A DNA stretch of 64,000 nt from an uncultured delta proteobacterium. GTDB taxonomy: Bacteria; Myxococcota; Myxococcia; Myxococcales; Myxococcaceae. A program made the translations under genes and the position numbers. The DNA lies in contig CAVZMH010000017.1 of assembly GCA_963776345.1 (NCBI GenBank), forward strand, positions 1 through 64,000, read 5' to 3'. Shown here one piece after another: positions 19,141-28,962 of this stretch. The notes beneath the pieces are model-generated. The model searched no databases, was not told the origin of the DNA, and saw only the letters and a program-made list of their open reading frames with translations. The stretch's first letter is position 1. Every line of letters starts with the position of its first letter.

Positions 19141-19303
19141 GGGACGTCAGCCTAGCGGCGCAGGCGTCCGGAAGCCCCCGGCGACGAGGCAGCGCCCGAT
19201 CTGTACCGGCCCGATTGGTGCCAGACACCTCGTGACCGCTCCCATCTGTGACGCCCCGGGCAGTGCGCGCCCCCGACCACCTTCGCTAGAAAGGCCGCCC
19301 AGG

Positions 19304-19873
19304 ATGGCCGAGTACACCACCCGTGACCTGACCGAGCTCCCTTCCGGACTCCCCGTCCCGGTCGACGATGGCCGGGCCGCGCACCTCACCGGGCTTGCCG
19401 TGCCCTCCCTCGCGCTGCAGGCGACGACCGGGGAGCGGATCGACCTCTCGCGCGTTCCGGGCCGCGCCGTGGTGTTCGCCTACCCCCGGACCGGCCGGCC
19501 CGGGCAGCCGCCCCTCACCGCGGACTGGGACCTCGTCCCCGGCGCGCGGGGCTGCACGCCCGAGACCTGCGCCTTCCGTGACCTGGCCGAGGACTTCGGC
19601 AAGCACGGGGTGCGCATCTTCGGCCTGAGCACGCAGGAGCCGACCTATCAGCGCGAGCTCGCCGAACGGCTCCACCTGCCCTTCCCGGTGCTCAGCGACG
19701 CCGGGCGCGCGCTCACCGAGGCGCTCCGGCTGCCCACGCTGACCATCGGCGGCCACGTGCTCCTGGCGCGGCTCAGCTGGCTCCAGCACGACGGGCGCAT
19801 CGAGCGCGTCTGGTACCCGGTGTTCCCACCGGACAGGCACGCGTCCGAGGTGCTCGCCTCGCTCTCGCGCTGA
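19304..19873 (+). CDS. Peroxiredoxin/redoxin family protein
   Basis: YPRTG...PGARGCTPETCAFRD, YPVFPPD. Confidence 0.85.
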   Translation: MAEYTTRDLTELPSGLPVPVDDGRAAHLTGLAVPSLALQATTGERIDLSRVPGRAVVFAYPRTGRPGQPPLTADWDLVPGARGCTPETCAFRDLAEDFGKHGVRIFGLSTQEPTYQRELAERLHLPFPVLSDAGRALTEALRLPTLTIGGHVLLARLSWLQHDGRIERVWYPVFPPDRHASEVLASLSR

Positions 19874-19905
19874 CGCGCTCCACGCGCGGGCGGTACAGTC
19901 GAGGC

Positions 19906-20292
19906 GTGAGCTCGACCCCTGCGGCTGGCACGGTCCCGAATCGCCCGGCGGCGGTCTACCTCGTCGCGCAGGCGGCCGTGGTGCTCGGATGGTGGGTGGC
20001 GGTCCTGACGTCGCGCACGGTCCGCGGCTGGTTCTTCCCCTACGGCGGTCTCGACCCGGCGTTCGTCGCCTTCGTGCTCCCGGATCTGGTCCTCATCGTC
20101 GGCGGCTCCCTGGTGGTCGCCCGACGGAGGCTCCGCGGAGATGCAGCGCCGTTGGCCTCGGGCGTACTCCTCGGCGCGGTGGGCTACGGAACACTGTACA
20201 CGGTCGGCTGGACGGTGCTGCTCCAGGCTCCGGCGGCCGGCCTTGTCGCCATGCTGGTGCTCGCCATCGGAACCTGGCGCGCCTGTCGTTGA
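19906..20292 (+). CDS. Hypothetical membrane protein
   Basis: Four hydrophobic segments. Confidence 0.55.
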   Translation: MSSTPAAGTVPNRPAAVYLVAQAAVVLGWWVAVLTSRTVRGWFFPYGGLDPAFVAFVLPDLVLIVGGSLVVARRRLRGDAAPLASGVLLGAVGYGTLYTVGWTVLLQAPAAGLVAMLVLAIGTWRACR

Positions 20293-20305
20293 GGCTCCGG
20301 AGCCT

Positions 20306-20677
20306 CTAGCGCTGCAGCCGCTTGCCGAACGGCGCGAGGGCGAGCATCCCGAACTTGAGGTGCTGGAACGCGAACGGGATGCCGATGATGGTGAGGGCCA
20401 GGCCCACGCCGAGCACCAGGTGGCTGAGGAAGATCCAGATGCCCGCCACCACCAGCCACAGCACGTTCAACGCGAAGCTCCCGACCCCCGCGCCGGGCAC
20501 GTCGTCGAAGTCGTGGCCGAACGGGACGAGGCCCAGCTTCGCCAGCTTGAAGCACTGCAGCCCGAAGGGGATGCCCACCACGGTGAGGCAGAGGAGGACC
20601 CCTGCCGCGAGGTACTCGAGGCAGATCAGCCAGCCCCCGCCGAGGATGACCCAGAGAATGTTGAGGATGAGCTCCAC
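20306..20677 (-). CDS. YccF-domain inner membrane protein
   Basis: Two NxLW...TxxGIPF...PFG repeats. Confidence 0.88.
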   Translation of the reverse strand: MELILNILWVILGGGWLICLEYLAAGVLLCLTVVGIPFGLQCFKLAKLGLVPFGHDFDDVPGAGVGSFALNVLWLVVAGIWIFLSHLVLGVGLALTIIGIPFAFQHLKFGMLALAPFGKRLQR

Positions 20678-20685
20678 GGCTGGAT

Positions 20686-21312
20686 CTACGCCGGACCCGG
20701 GCCGCCCATTTCCGGCGCGCCGTTCAGCCCCTGGAGGAGGCGCTCCGCCTCCTTGCCCACCGGCCCATCGGCGTCCAGCGTCCGGGCCTTCTCCAGCGCG
20801 CTCCGTGCGCCGGCGCGATCACCCTTGAGCTTCAGCGCGATGCCCAGGTTCAGGTGGGCCCGGGGGTTGTCGTGCTGCTTGGCCAGCGCGGCGCGGAACT
20901 CGGCGACCGCCCGGTCCACCTCCCCGCTGAGCAGCTCCTCCTTGCCCTTCTGCACGTGCTGCTCCGAGTCGTTGACCAGCTCGACGTCGAGCACGCTCTT
21001 CCCGGCCACGTTCACCAGCAGCGCCCGCAGGATGCCCGTCCAGTAAAAGGTCAGCCCCTCCGCCGCCACCACCGCCGCGAGCGGCAGGTCCGGAAGCAGC
21101 GGCTTGCCCCGGAACTTGAACCGCACCTTGGTGTAGCGACCGGCGTTGGCCCACTGCCGCAGCGTGTCGGTCACCTTGCGCAGCGCCTCGTCGACAGCAC
21201 CCGGTTGCACGTCGACCGGCAGGGTCTTCGCCGTCTGCTTGCGAGGGGTCGGAGGACGGCGGCGGGAGGTCGGCTTTCGCCGCGGCGCCGCCGGTCTCTT
21301 GCGAGGGGCCAT
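20686..21312 (-). CDS. Hypothetical protein with C-terminal TPR
   Basis: AHLNLGIAL TPR-like helices; GC3-biased codons. Confidence 0.7.
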   Translation of the reverse strand: MAPRKRPAAPRRKPTSRRRPPTPRKQTAKTLPVDVQPGAVDEALRKVTDTLRQWANAGRYTKVRFKFRGKPLLPDLPLAAVVAAEGLTFYWTGILRALLVNVAGKSVLDVELVNDSEQHVQKGKEELLSGEVDRAVAEFRAALAKQHDNPRAHLNLGIALKLKGDRAGARSALEKARTLDADGPVGKEAERLLQGLNGAPEMGGPGPA

Positions 21313-21357
21313 GAGCGGCCCGGACGCTAGCAGACCCTCCGGGAAGAGGCAGACGGG

Positions 21358-21486
21358 TCAGTGACCGTCGTCCGGACCCCCGCCGCGCCCCCGGGGGACG
21401 AACTTCTGGAGCCGCTTCGCCGTGTCCACCTCGCCGGTGTAGATGTTGCCGTCCTGGTCCAGGTCGATCTGGTGGACCCAGTTCAA
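21358..21486 (-). pseudogene. 3' fragment of an NHL-repeat protein
   Basis: WVHQIDLDQDGNIYTGEVDTAKRLQKFV...stop; 5' part missing. Confidence 0.6.
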
Positions 21487-21670
21487 GGCCGCCATCGGTG
21501 TTCCGCCGCATCGGTACGTGCTCCAGCGTCGGGTGGAGCGGGCGAAGGAACTGCTCCGGGAGACCGACTCCGCGATCGCCCAGGTGGCCCTGCGCTGCGG
21601 CTTCGGAGATCAGAGCGCCTTCACCACCGCCTTTCGCCGGCTGACGCGGCAGACGCCCTACCGGCTACCG
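21482..21670 (+). pseudogene. AraC-family HTH 3' fragment
   Basis: FKAAIGVPPHRYVLQRRVERAKELL...CGFGDQSAFTTAFRR. Confidence 0.75.
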
Positions 21671-21828
21671 GGAGATGCACCGGGTCGACTCCTGAGCGGC
21701 AGGCGTCCCGGCGGGGTCCCGCAGATGCTGCACCTGGGTCTGGCGCGCGCAATTCCTGCGCGCTCCGTCGACCCTCCGACCTCCGGAGTCTCCTGGCCCA
21801 CTCGATGCAAGCCGCCCGGTCGAACTCC

Positions 21829-22158
21829 ATGCATGAGCTGTCCATCACCCAGGGCATCGTGGAATCGGTGTGCGAGGCCGTCCCCGAGGGGAAGGTGCTC
21901 GCGGTGACCGTGGAGATCGGCAAGCTCTCCGGCGTGGTCCCGGATTCGGTGCGTTTCTGCTTCGACCTCTGCGCCCAGGGCACCCGGCTCGAGGGGGCGC
22001 GGCTGGACATCCTCGACGTGCCCGGCCAGGGCCGATGCGGGAGCTGCCAGCGCGAGATGGACATGCCCGAGCTGGTCACCACCTGCCCGTGCGGCAATCC
22101 TTTCCTGGAAATCCTCCGCGGGCGCGAGCTGCGGATCCGATCGGTGGAGGTGATGTGA
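21829..22158 (+). CDS. hypA: Nickel metallochaperone HypA
   Basis: MHELSI N-terminus, CGSC and CPCG, GRELRIRSVEV. Confidence 0.92.
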   Translation: MHELSITQGIVESVCEAVPEGKVLAVTVEIGKLSGVVPDSVRFCFDLCAQGTRLEGARLDILDVPGQGRCGSCQREMDMPELVTTCPCGNPFLEILRGRELRIRSVEVM

Positions 22159-23087
22159 TGTGCGCGACCTGCGGATGTTCCGGAACCATCAGCGCGGAAT
22201 CAGCGGCGCTGCTCACGCACGGCCATGATCACGAGCATGGGCACGACCACGCGCATGACCACGACCATCCTCACGCGCACGACCATGACCACGATCACCA
22301 GCACGGACACGACCACGGGCACGATCACGGCCACTCGCACTCGCACGACGCGCCGGGACCGGACTCGACCGCCGCCCGCACCGTGCAGCTCGAGCAGGAG
22401 ATCCTCGGAAAGAACCGCCTGCTCGCCGAGCGCAACCGCGGCTGGCTCCAGGGACGGGAGATCTTCGCCGTCAACCTCATGAGCTCGCCTGGTTCGGGGA
22501 AGACCACGCTCCTCGAGCGCACGGTGCGCGACCTCGGGAAGGAGGTCGTGGTCTCGGTCATCGAGGGTGACCAGGAGACCCGCCTCGACGCCGAGCGGAT
22601 CCGGGCCACCGGCGCCCGGGTGGTGCAGATCAACACCGGCACCGGCTGCCACCTGGACGCCCAGATGCTCGGTCGTGCGCTCCAGGAGCTCTCGCCGGCC
22701 ACCGGCTCGCTGCTGTTCGTGGAGAACGTGGGCAACCTGGTCTGCCCGGCGCTCTTCGACCTGGGCGAGGGCGCGCGGGTGGTCATCGCCTCGACCACCG
22801 AGGGTGAGGACAAGCCGCTGAAGTACCCGCACATGTTCCGGGCCGCGGAGCTGATCCTCCTCAACAAGGTGGATCTGCTGCCGCACCTCCACTTCGACGT
22901 CGACCGGTTCACCGCGCACGTGCGACTGGTGAACCCCTCGGCGAAGGTGATCCAGGTCTCGGCCACCAGTGGGGACGGCTTGCCCGATTGGTACCGCTGG
23001 CTGGCCGCACGAGGGGGCGCCGCCCGTCAGCCAGTGTCCGGTCACGAGGTGTCCGGTGGTAACGAGGTGTCTGGCACCGCCGGCTGA
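22158..23087 (+). CDS. hypB: Nickel incorporation GTPase HypB with His-rich insert
   Basis: MCATCGC, SSPGSGKT, CHLDA, ENVGNLVCPA, EGEDKPLKYP, NKVD. Confidence 0.95.
   Translation: MCATCGCSGTISAESAALLTHGHDHEHGHDHAHDHDHPHAHDHDHDHQHGHDHGHDHGHSHSHDAPGPDSTAARTVQLEQEILGKNRLLAERNRGWLQGREIFAVNLMSSPGSGKTTLLERTVRDLGKEVVVSVIEGDQETRLDAERIRATGARVVQINTGTGCHLDAQMLGRALQELSPATGSLLFVENVGNLVCPALFDLGEGARVVIASTTEGEDKPLKYPHMFRAAELILLNKVDLLPHLHFDVDRFTAHVRLVNPSAKVIQVSATSGDGLPDWYRWLAARGGAARQPVSGHEVSGGNEVSGTAG
22218..22349 (+). repeat. (His-X)22 coding low-complexity tract in hypB
   Basis: HGHDHEHGHDHAHD... 22 alternating His. Confidence 0.9.
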
Positions 23088-23181
23088 CCGCGTACCGCCG
23101 GGTCTTCTCGCGGCGGCGCCTCGACGCCGCTGCACTCGAGGCCGTGCTCGCCCCCACGGCCGCACGTATCCTCGGGGCCAC

Positions 23182-23688
23182 ATGGCCCGCTTCCGTCTCC
23201 TCCCTGAGCAGTCCGAGCTCTGGGCGGAGACCCGGTCCACGCTCCATCCCGTCCGGGTCCACACCACCGGCCTCACCGGGATCGTCGAGGTGCATCTCGG
23301 CGGCGCGCGGCCCCTGCTCACGACGCCGACGCACGTCGAGCTCGAGGCCGAGCGACTGCATTCGGGGAATCGGCTCGTCGATGGCGAGCTGAAGCGGCGG
23401 ATCGACCCACGGGCCTACCCCACGATCCGCGCCGAGCTCGCCGGAGCCTCCCCCGGGGCCCGGCCTGACACCCTCCGCCTCACCGGCACGCTCACCTTCC
23501 ACGGCGTCACCCGCACGCTCGAGGTCGAGGTCACGCTCCGGCACCCGGACCCGCGAACGCTGGTCATCGAGGGCGCCCGTCCGATCGACATGCGCGACTT
23601 CGGGCTGCCGCCTCCCTCCTTCCTCATGTTCCGGATGGACCCGCGCGTTCAGGTCAGGGCGCGGCTGGTCGGGCGCCAGGAGGGATGA
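23182..23688 (+). CDS. YceI-like protein
   Basis: SGNRLVD, GTLTFHGVTR, DFGL motifs. Confidence 0.75.
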   Translation: MARFRLLPEQSELWAETRSTLHPVRVHTTGLTGIVEVHLGGARPLLTTPTHVELEAERLHSGNRLVDGELKRRIDPRAYPTIRAELAGASPGARPDTLRLTGTLTFHGVTRTLEVEVTLRHPDPRTLVIEGARPIDMRDFGLPPPSFLMFRMDPRVQVRARLVGRQEG

Positions 23689-23723
23689 CGTCCCAGGGGA
23701 TGGAAGAGAGGCGGGCCTGACCC

Positions 23724-25820
23724 TCAGGACCCGCTGAGCCGCTCGTTGGGCTGGAGCTCCCGGACGCCCTTCGGGTCGATGGTCAGGAAGAAGAGCGGCT
23801 TCTCCGCCTCTCGCTTGTCGTTGAAGCTGGTCTTCCCCGTCGCCCCGTCGAAGTTCTTCGTCGCCGCGAGCCCGTCGCGCACCGACGCCCGGTCCAGCGC
23901 CGCGGTCTGCTTGTCCAGGAGCTGCCGCAGCATCCGCGCCGAGTCGAAGCCGATCGCGTCGAGGAGCGTGGGGGCAGTGTCCTTGTACGCCTCGCCGTAG
24001 AGGCGGACGAACCGGCGCGTCGCCTCGCGGCCGCTGTCCGCGTAGAAGCCGTCGACGAAGACGCTGCAGAGGACGAACTTCCCGCCCCGCTCGACCAGCT
24101 GCGGGATGCCGTCGGCGTTCTTCGGCGAGCTCCACCCGTTCCCGCCGAGCAAGGTCACCGTGCGGATCTCCTTCCTCCCGGTGGTCTTCTTGAGGTTCTC
24201 GATCTCCTTCGGGTCGCAGGTGTTGGTGATGATGTCCTCCACCGCCAGCGCCGGCGCCACCAGCCCCACCCGCTGCCACTCGTCGGGGATGAAGAGCGCC
24301 TCGAAGTCCACGATGGGCTCGAGCCTGCTCTTGAGCTTCTCCACCATCTTGCGACGGCGGTAGCTGTCCTTGGCGTCCTTGGTGGCCTCCTGGACCTCCT
24401 CGAAGTAGTCGCGCCGGTCCTCGAGGTAGTACCGGCCCACCAGCTTCTTGGCCTGGGGGGTGAATGTCGTCTGGTCCGAGGTGTAGCTCTCCGCTCCCTG
24501 CATCGCCCCACCGCGGGCCACCACGTCGTCCCAGAAGTCGTTGGTCAGCTCCACCCCGTACGGCGTGTTGGGGTAGAGCACCGCGAAGGTCTTGTAGCCC
24601 ATGACCGCGGTGGCCCAGTCGACCAGCGCCTTGGTCTGCGCCGAGTAGGTCAGCATGTTCCGGAAGACGAACGGACCGATGTCGGTCACGTCCTCGCTCC
24701 GGGTGAGCGTCAGCAGCGGCAGCCCGAGGTCCTGCGCCACCAGGGCCGCCCGCTTGCTGTCCTCGATGAACAGCGGGCCGATGGCCGCCGCCGCGCCGTC
24801 GTTGAAGACCAGCTCCTCGACGGCCGTCGCCGCGCGTGCACCATCCCCCTGGGTGTCCTTCACCACCAGCTCGACGTCGCTCCCCTTCAGCGCGAGCCGG
24901 ATGCCCCGCATCACCGCCTCGCCGAAGGCCTTGTACTTGCCGGTGAGCGGGAGCAGCACGCCCAGCGTCCGCCCCCGGACCTGGCCCACCCGGTCGGCGC
25001 GGGCGAGCATCTCTTGGGCCTCGGCGGTGTAGGGGCTCCCGGGCGCGCTGGAGAGCAGCGACTGCAGCGTGGACTTGAGCCTCGGCACGTCGCGAGTGTG
25101 CTGGTAGACGCGGGCCAGCTTGAAGGTCAGCAGCGGCCAGGCGGGATGCGACGGCGAGAGGTCGGCCTGCACCCGCGCCACCTCGTCGCTGGCCACCCGG
25201 GCGTCCACCAGATCGGCGATCTGCGCGAGCGCGGCGTTGCGCTCCTCCGGCGTCGAGGCCGACTCGGCCCTCTGGAGCGCCATCTTCATCGCCTGGTCGT
25301 AGAGGCGCGCGCCATCCGCGGCGCGGCGGAGCGCGTCCTCGAGCTGCGCCCGACGCTCGGCCGGGATGCGATCACGCAGGGGGAGCAACGTCTGGTACGC
25401 GTCGCGGTAGGCCTTCAGCTCCAGCGCGGAGAGACCCAGCTTGAATCGCGCGTCCTGCGCCTGGGGGAAGAGCGGGTTCTCGAAGAGCAGCTCGTTGAAC
25501 TCCTTCCGGGCGTTCACGTAGTCGCCCAGCTCGAAGGAGAGCACGCCAGCCCGATACAGCGCCTCCTCGCCCGCGGTCGTCGCCGGGTATGCCTTGCGGA
25601 AGTTCAGGTAGGTCTCGACCTGCTTCTGCTTCGGCTGGCCCTTCGCGGTGGCCTCGATCTGGGCGAGCGCCTGGTCGGCGTTCGGGTCCCTGACGATCTC
25701 CCCGCTCGGCTTCCGGGGGGGCGCTCCGGGGAGGTCCGGCATCGCGCCGGGGCCCTGGCTGGCGCAGCCGAGGGCGAACAGGGCGGCGAGCGAGGCGGCC
25801 GCGAGTCGGAGGTGCACCAT
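23724..25820 (-). CDS. LpoA-like lipoprotein (TPR plus periplasmic binding fold)
   Basis: LALGC lipobox, TPRs, GVLLPLTG, FDGATG. Confidence 0.75.
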   Translation of the reverse strand: MVHLRLAAASLAALFALGCASQGPGAMPDLPGAPPRKPSGEIVRDPNADQALAQIEATAKGQPKQKQVETYLNFRKAYPATTAGEEALYRAGVLSFELGDYVNARKEFNELLFENPLFPQAQDARFKLGLSALELKAYRDAYQTLLPLRDRIPAERRAQLEDALRRAADGARLYDQAMKMALQRAESASTPEERNAALAQIADLVDARVASDEVARVQADLSPSHPAWPLLTFKLARVYQHTRDVPRLKSTLQSLLSSAPGSPYTAEAQEMLARADRVGQVRGRTLGVLLPLTGKYKAFGEAVMRGIRLALKGSDVELVVKDTQGDGARAATAVEELVFNDGAAAAIGPLFIEDSKRAALVAQDLGLPLLTLTRSEDVTDIGPFVFRNMLTYSAQTKALVDWATAVMGYKTFAVLYPNTPYGVELTNDFWDDVVARGGAMQGAESYTSDQTTFTPQAKKLVGRYYLEDRRDYFEEVQEATKDAKDSYRRRKMVEKLKSRLEPIVDFEALFIPDEWQRVGLVAPALAVEDIITNTCDPKEIENLKKTTGRKEIRTVTLLGGNGWSSPKNADGIPQLVERGGKFVLCSVFVDGFYADSGREATRRFVRLYGEAYKDTAPTLLDAIGFDSARMLRQLLDKQTAALDRASVRDGLAATKNFDGATGKTSFNDKREAEKPLFFLTIDPKGVRELQPNERLSGS

Positions 25821-25832
25821 GGAAGTGGCTCC

Positions 25833-26624
25833 TTACCAGCCGCCAAACCGTGCTTCCACCGAGCCCAGCACGCCGAAGTCGGCGCGCACCACGTCGCCCA
25901 CGTCGATCTCCAGCGAGGCCATGCAGGTCCCGGTGGTCACCACCTGACCGGCGCTCAACGTGACGCCGATGCCGGACAGCTCGTTGACCAACCAGGTGAG
26001 CGCCACCCGCGGGTCGCCGAGGACGTTGGCGCCGCTGCCTTCGCGTGCGTATCGGCCCACCACCTGGGCGCTCACCCGGTGCGCAACCAGGTCCAGGCTG
26101 CGCCAGGGCGCGTGCGTCGCGGGGCCGAGGACGAAGTAGTCGGCGCAGGCGTTGTCGGCGACCAGCTGGGGGGCGCCCGCATGCACGAAGTCCTGGTAGC
26201 GCGAATCGGGAACCTCGATCGCGGGATGCAGGCTGGCAACCGCGTCCAGGACCTCGCCGGTGGCGTAGGGAGCGGCCCGCGGCGCCAGGTCCCGAGCGAA
26301 GGTGAACGCGAACTCCGGCTCCGCGACCCGCATGATGTTGCCGGCAAGCGAGACCTCGCTGCCGCTGGGGAAGGTGCGTTGCGCCAGCAACCTTCCGGCC
26401 AGCGGGCCGTCGACCCCGATGTGAGCCTGGCCCGTCCTGCTGGTGGCGGCGATCTTCCACCCGACGAGCGGCTGCCCGGCGCAGGCCTGCACCTCGCGCT
26501 GGACCGCGTAGCCCTCGGCCCGGGTGTGCGGCCGGACGCTCTCGGGCAGCGCGTCGATGCAGGTGCGCTGCCGCCAGTGCTGCCAGAGGATCTCCGCGGC
26601 GCGGCGGGCGGTGGTGGTGTCCGT
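25833..26624 (-). CDS. 2-keto-4-pentenoate hydratase / FAH family protein; no canonical start codon
   Basis: GWKIAATS, EPEFAF, IEVPDSRY, ADNA, GQVVTTGT; GGAG followed by ACG at 26624. Confidence 0.8.
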   Translation of the reverse strand, partial: TDTTTARRAAEILWQHWRQRTCIDALPESVRPHTRAEGYAVQREVQACAGQPLVGWKIAATSRTGQAHIGVDGPLAGRLLAQRTFPSGSEVSLAGNIMRVAEPEFAFTFARDLAPRAAPYATGEVLDAVASLHPAIEVPDSRYQDFVHAGAPQLVADNACADYFVLGPATHAPWRSLDLVAHRVSAQVVGRYAREGSGANVLGDPRVALTWLVNELSGIGVTLSAGQVVTTGTCMASLEIDVGDVVRADFGVLGSVEARFGGW

Positions 26625-26750
26625 TGCTGTCTCCGTGATCAGGCCGAGCGAGCGTACGCCGCCCGCGGCCGCGGTGCGCGCACCACTTTCCCGGCGGTAG
26701 GGTGCCGGGGCCCGTTCCCATCCCGGGGGCGGGCCCCGTCTTGGCTCGAG

Positions 26751-27503
26751 ATGACCTCGTTCTGGCTGTCGATCCAGTCGTTCGCGCGGACCGCACCGTG
26801 GGTGGTGTTGATCTCCGCCGCCGGCGTCTTCCCTCTGCTCTTCTTCGTGACCGCGCCCTACGGGCGGCACTTCCGTCCCGGCTGGGGCCCCGCGATGGGC
26901 TCGAGGGTCGGATGGATCGCGATGGAGTGGCCGTCGGTCTTCGTCTTCGCCCTGGTGTGGATTGCCAACCCGCTGTTCACCACCCCGATGGTGATGGCGC
27001 TGGGGATCCTCTGGCTCATCCACTACCTGCAGCGCACCTTCGTCTTCTCGCTGCTCCTCGCAGGCCCGGGGAAGAAGCAGTCGGTTCTCACCGTGGCGAT
27101 GGCGAACGTGTTCAACCTGTTCAACGCCACGGGAAACGCGGCGGCGCTCACCGAGAGGCCGTTCGATGCGTCCTTCTTCGTCGGCGTCACCCTCTTCGCC
27201 GCGGGCTTCGTGCTCAATCTGCACTCGGACCACGTGCTGCGCTCGCTGCGGGCGCCGGGCGAGACGGGCTACCGGATCCCCTTCGGCGGCGGCTTCGAGT
27301 ACGTGAGCGCCCCGAACTACCTCGGGGAGATCCTCGAGTGGGTCGGCTTCGCGCTCGCCGCGCAGACACTGGCCGCGTGGGCGTTCGCCGCCTTCACCTT
27401 CGCCAACCTCGCGCCACGCGCCCTGTCGAACCACCGGTGGTACCGGGAGAAGTTCCCCGACTACCCCGAGAATCGCCGCGCGCTCATTCCGTTCATCTGG
27501 TGA
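26751..27503 (+). CDS. 3-oxo-5-alpha-steroid 4-dehydrogenase (steroid 5-alpha-reductase) family
   Basis: APYGRH, GWIAME, HYLQR, HSDHVLRSLR, YRIPFGGGFEYVSAPNYLGEILEW, HRWYREKF. Confidence 0.88.
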   Translation: MTSFWLSIQSFARTAPWVVLISAAGVFPLLFFVTAPYGRHFRPGWGPAMGSRVGWIAMEWPSVFVFALVWIANPLFTTPMVMALGILWLIHYLQRTFVFSLLLAGPGKKQSVLTVAMANVFNLFNATGNAAALTERPFDASFFVGVTLFAAGFVLNLHSDHVLRSLRAPGETGYRIPFGGGFEYVSAPNYLGEILEWVGFALAAQTLAAWAFAAFTFANLAPRALSNHRWYREKFPDYPENRRALIPFIW

Positions 27504-27530
27504 GAGGTGTGACAGGGTTGGGGGCCGACT

Positions 27531-28523
27531 TCACTTGGCGCCGGCACGGTTGGCGATGATCTTCAGGACTGCCTGCTGCGCCTCCGTTGCCGCCCGGGCG
27601 TCATGGGCCAGGGTCACCCCCCGCTCCACGCACGGGTCCTTGTATGTGAATGGCTGCCCAGTTTTCGTGTTCACGACACGTCCACCCTCCACCTCCTCGC
27701 GAGGCGGGCAGTGACGGACTGTCTGGGCGTTTGGCAGCTTCAGCGGAGCCTTGAGCGTCGCAGCGTCGAAGAAGTGGTAGGCGCCAGAGTATTCGGTCAG
27801 GGCCACGTCCTTGCCGGCCTTGACTAGCCGCTCCGCATAGGAGCGGCACGGAGCCACGGAAGCGTAGTCGTCATCCGTCCCGTGAAAGATGCGAACGGGC
27901 CTGTCCGCAAGAGTCTCGTCGTTCAGGTAACGCGTGCCGCATTCCGGGTAGAACGCGATGAAGGCAGAGAACCCGGCGTCGGTTGGACCGTACATACGCC
28001 GGAAGCGTTCAAGGCTGGCGTAGAGGGTTGCCTGGCCGCCTCGCGAGAATCCCAGGAGGGTGATCTTGGCCGGATCGACTCTCGGATGCTTCGAGAGAAC
28101 TGCGAGCGCCCGATATGCGTCAACAATCATGGCCAACCGTCCCAGCTGATCTTGATCGTCGAGCGTGTTGACGATGCCCCGAGGCGTGAAGCTGTCGAAC
28201 ACGAAGGTCGCAATGCCGTTGGAGTTGAGAAGAGTCGCCCAGGCGTCCACCGATCCCGTTATCCCGCCCGACCCGTGGACGACGATGACGGCAGGTAACC
28301 GCTCGGCTCCAGGCTTTGGGATTCGCAGCTCGCCGGCGATGGTAACGGGCTTGCCAGGCAGCCCAGCCAGGAACTCCTGATCGGTCAAGGTCGCCGACGG
28401 AAACGGGATGAGTTCCACCCGCGCCACCTGCGCGAGGGCCATCGAAGGGCTCGCCACGGCGACCGACAGGATGGCCGGGAGGAGAAGCCGCCGGATCGGC
28501 AAGCGCCTGCAGTCGAGTGACAT
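27531..28523 (-). CDS. Dienelactone hydrolase family alpha/beta hydrolase, secreted
   Basis: HGSGG, GFSRGG, HGTDD, HFFD; signal peptide. Confidence 0.8.
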   Translation of the reverse strand: MSLDCRRLPIRRLLLPAILSVAVASPSMALAQVARVELIPFPSATLTDQEFLAGLPGKPVTIAGELRIPKPGAERLPAVIVVHGSGGITGSVDAWATLLNSNGIATFVFDSFTPRGIVNTLDDQDQLGRLAMIVDAYRALAVLSKHPRVDPAKITLLGFSRGGQATLYASLERFRRMYGPTDAGFSAFIAFYPECGTRYLNDETLADRPVRIFHGTDDDYASVAPCRSYAERLVKAGKDVALTEYSGAYHFFDAATLKAPLKLPNAQTVRHCPPREEVEGGRVVNTKTGQPFTYKDPCVERGVTLAHDARAATEAQQAVLKIIANRAGAK

Positions 28524-28734
28524 GACGATCTCCCGCGTGGAAGCCGTATTTCAAAGGCTGCGCGCCGGCTCCGGACCTCGCTGCGTGAGGAGGTCTGGAC
28601 TCAGTGAGGACGGTGCCGCTGTGCCCGGCTTCGACCCGCACGATGTCATCGGGCGTGGCCGAGGAAGCATTCCGGGACCTCGCCGCGCGTCACGGGCAGG
28701 TGGCCGGCGCTGGCAGAGACCGTGTTGGTCTCGT

Positions 28735-28962
28735 CTACGCCAGCCGCGAAGGCGAGTCGGTCACCTCGCGCATCCCGCCCTGGGCGTGGATGGTCTCCAG
28801 GAACCGGGTGAAGTCGTCCAGCGTACAGGCCGGTCCGGGCGGCCCGAGACGGCACACCGCCACGCCGTCCCGCTCGACGAGGATGGTCTCTCCGGCGCAC
28901 GCCCGCTCCAGCAGCTCGGCGAAGCGCACCGTGGCCTCGATCTCGGGAACTCGGGTCAGCAT
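28735..28962 (-). CDS. Phd/YefM-like antitoxin-domain protein with no adjacent toxin
   Basis: EATVRFAELLERACAGETILVERDGVAVCRL; GGAGGAGG RBS. Confidence 0.5.
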   Translation of the reverse strand: MLTRVPEIEATVRFAELLERACAGETILVERDGVAVCRLGPPGPACTLDDFTRFLETIHAQGGMREVTDSPSRLA

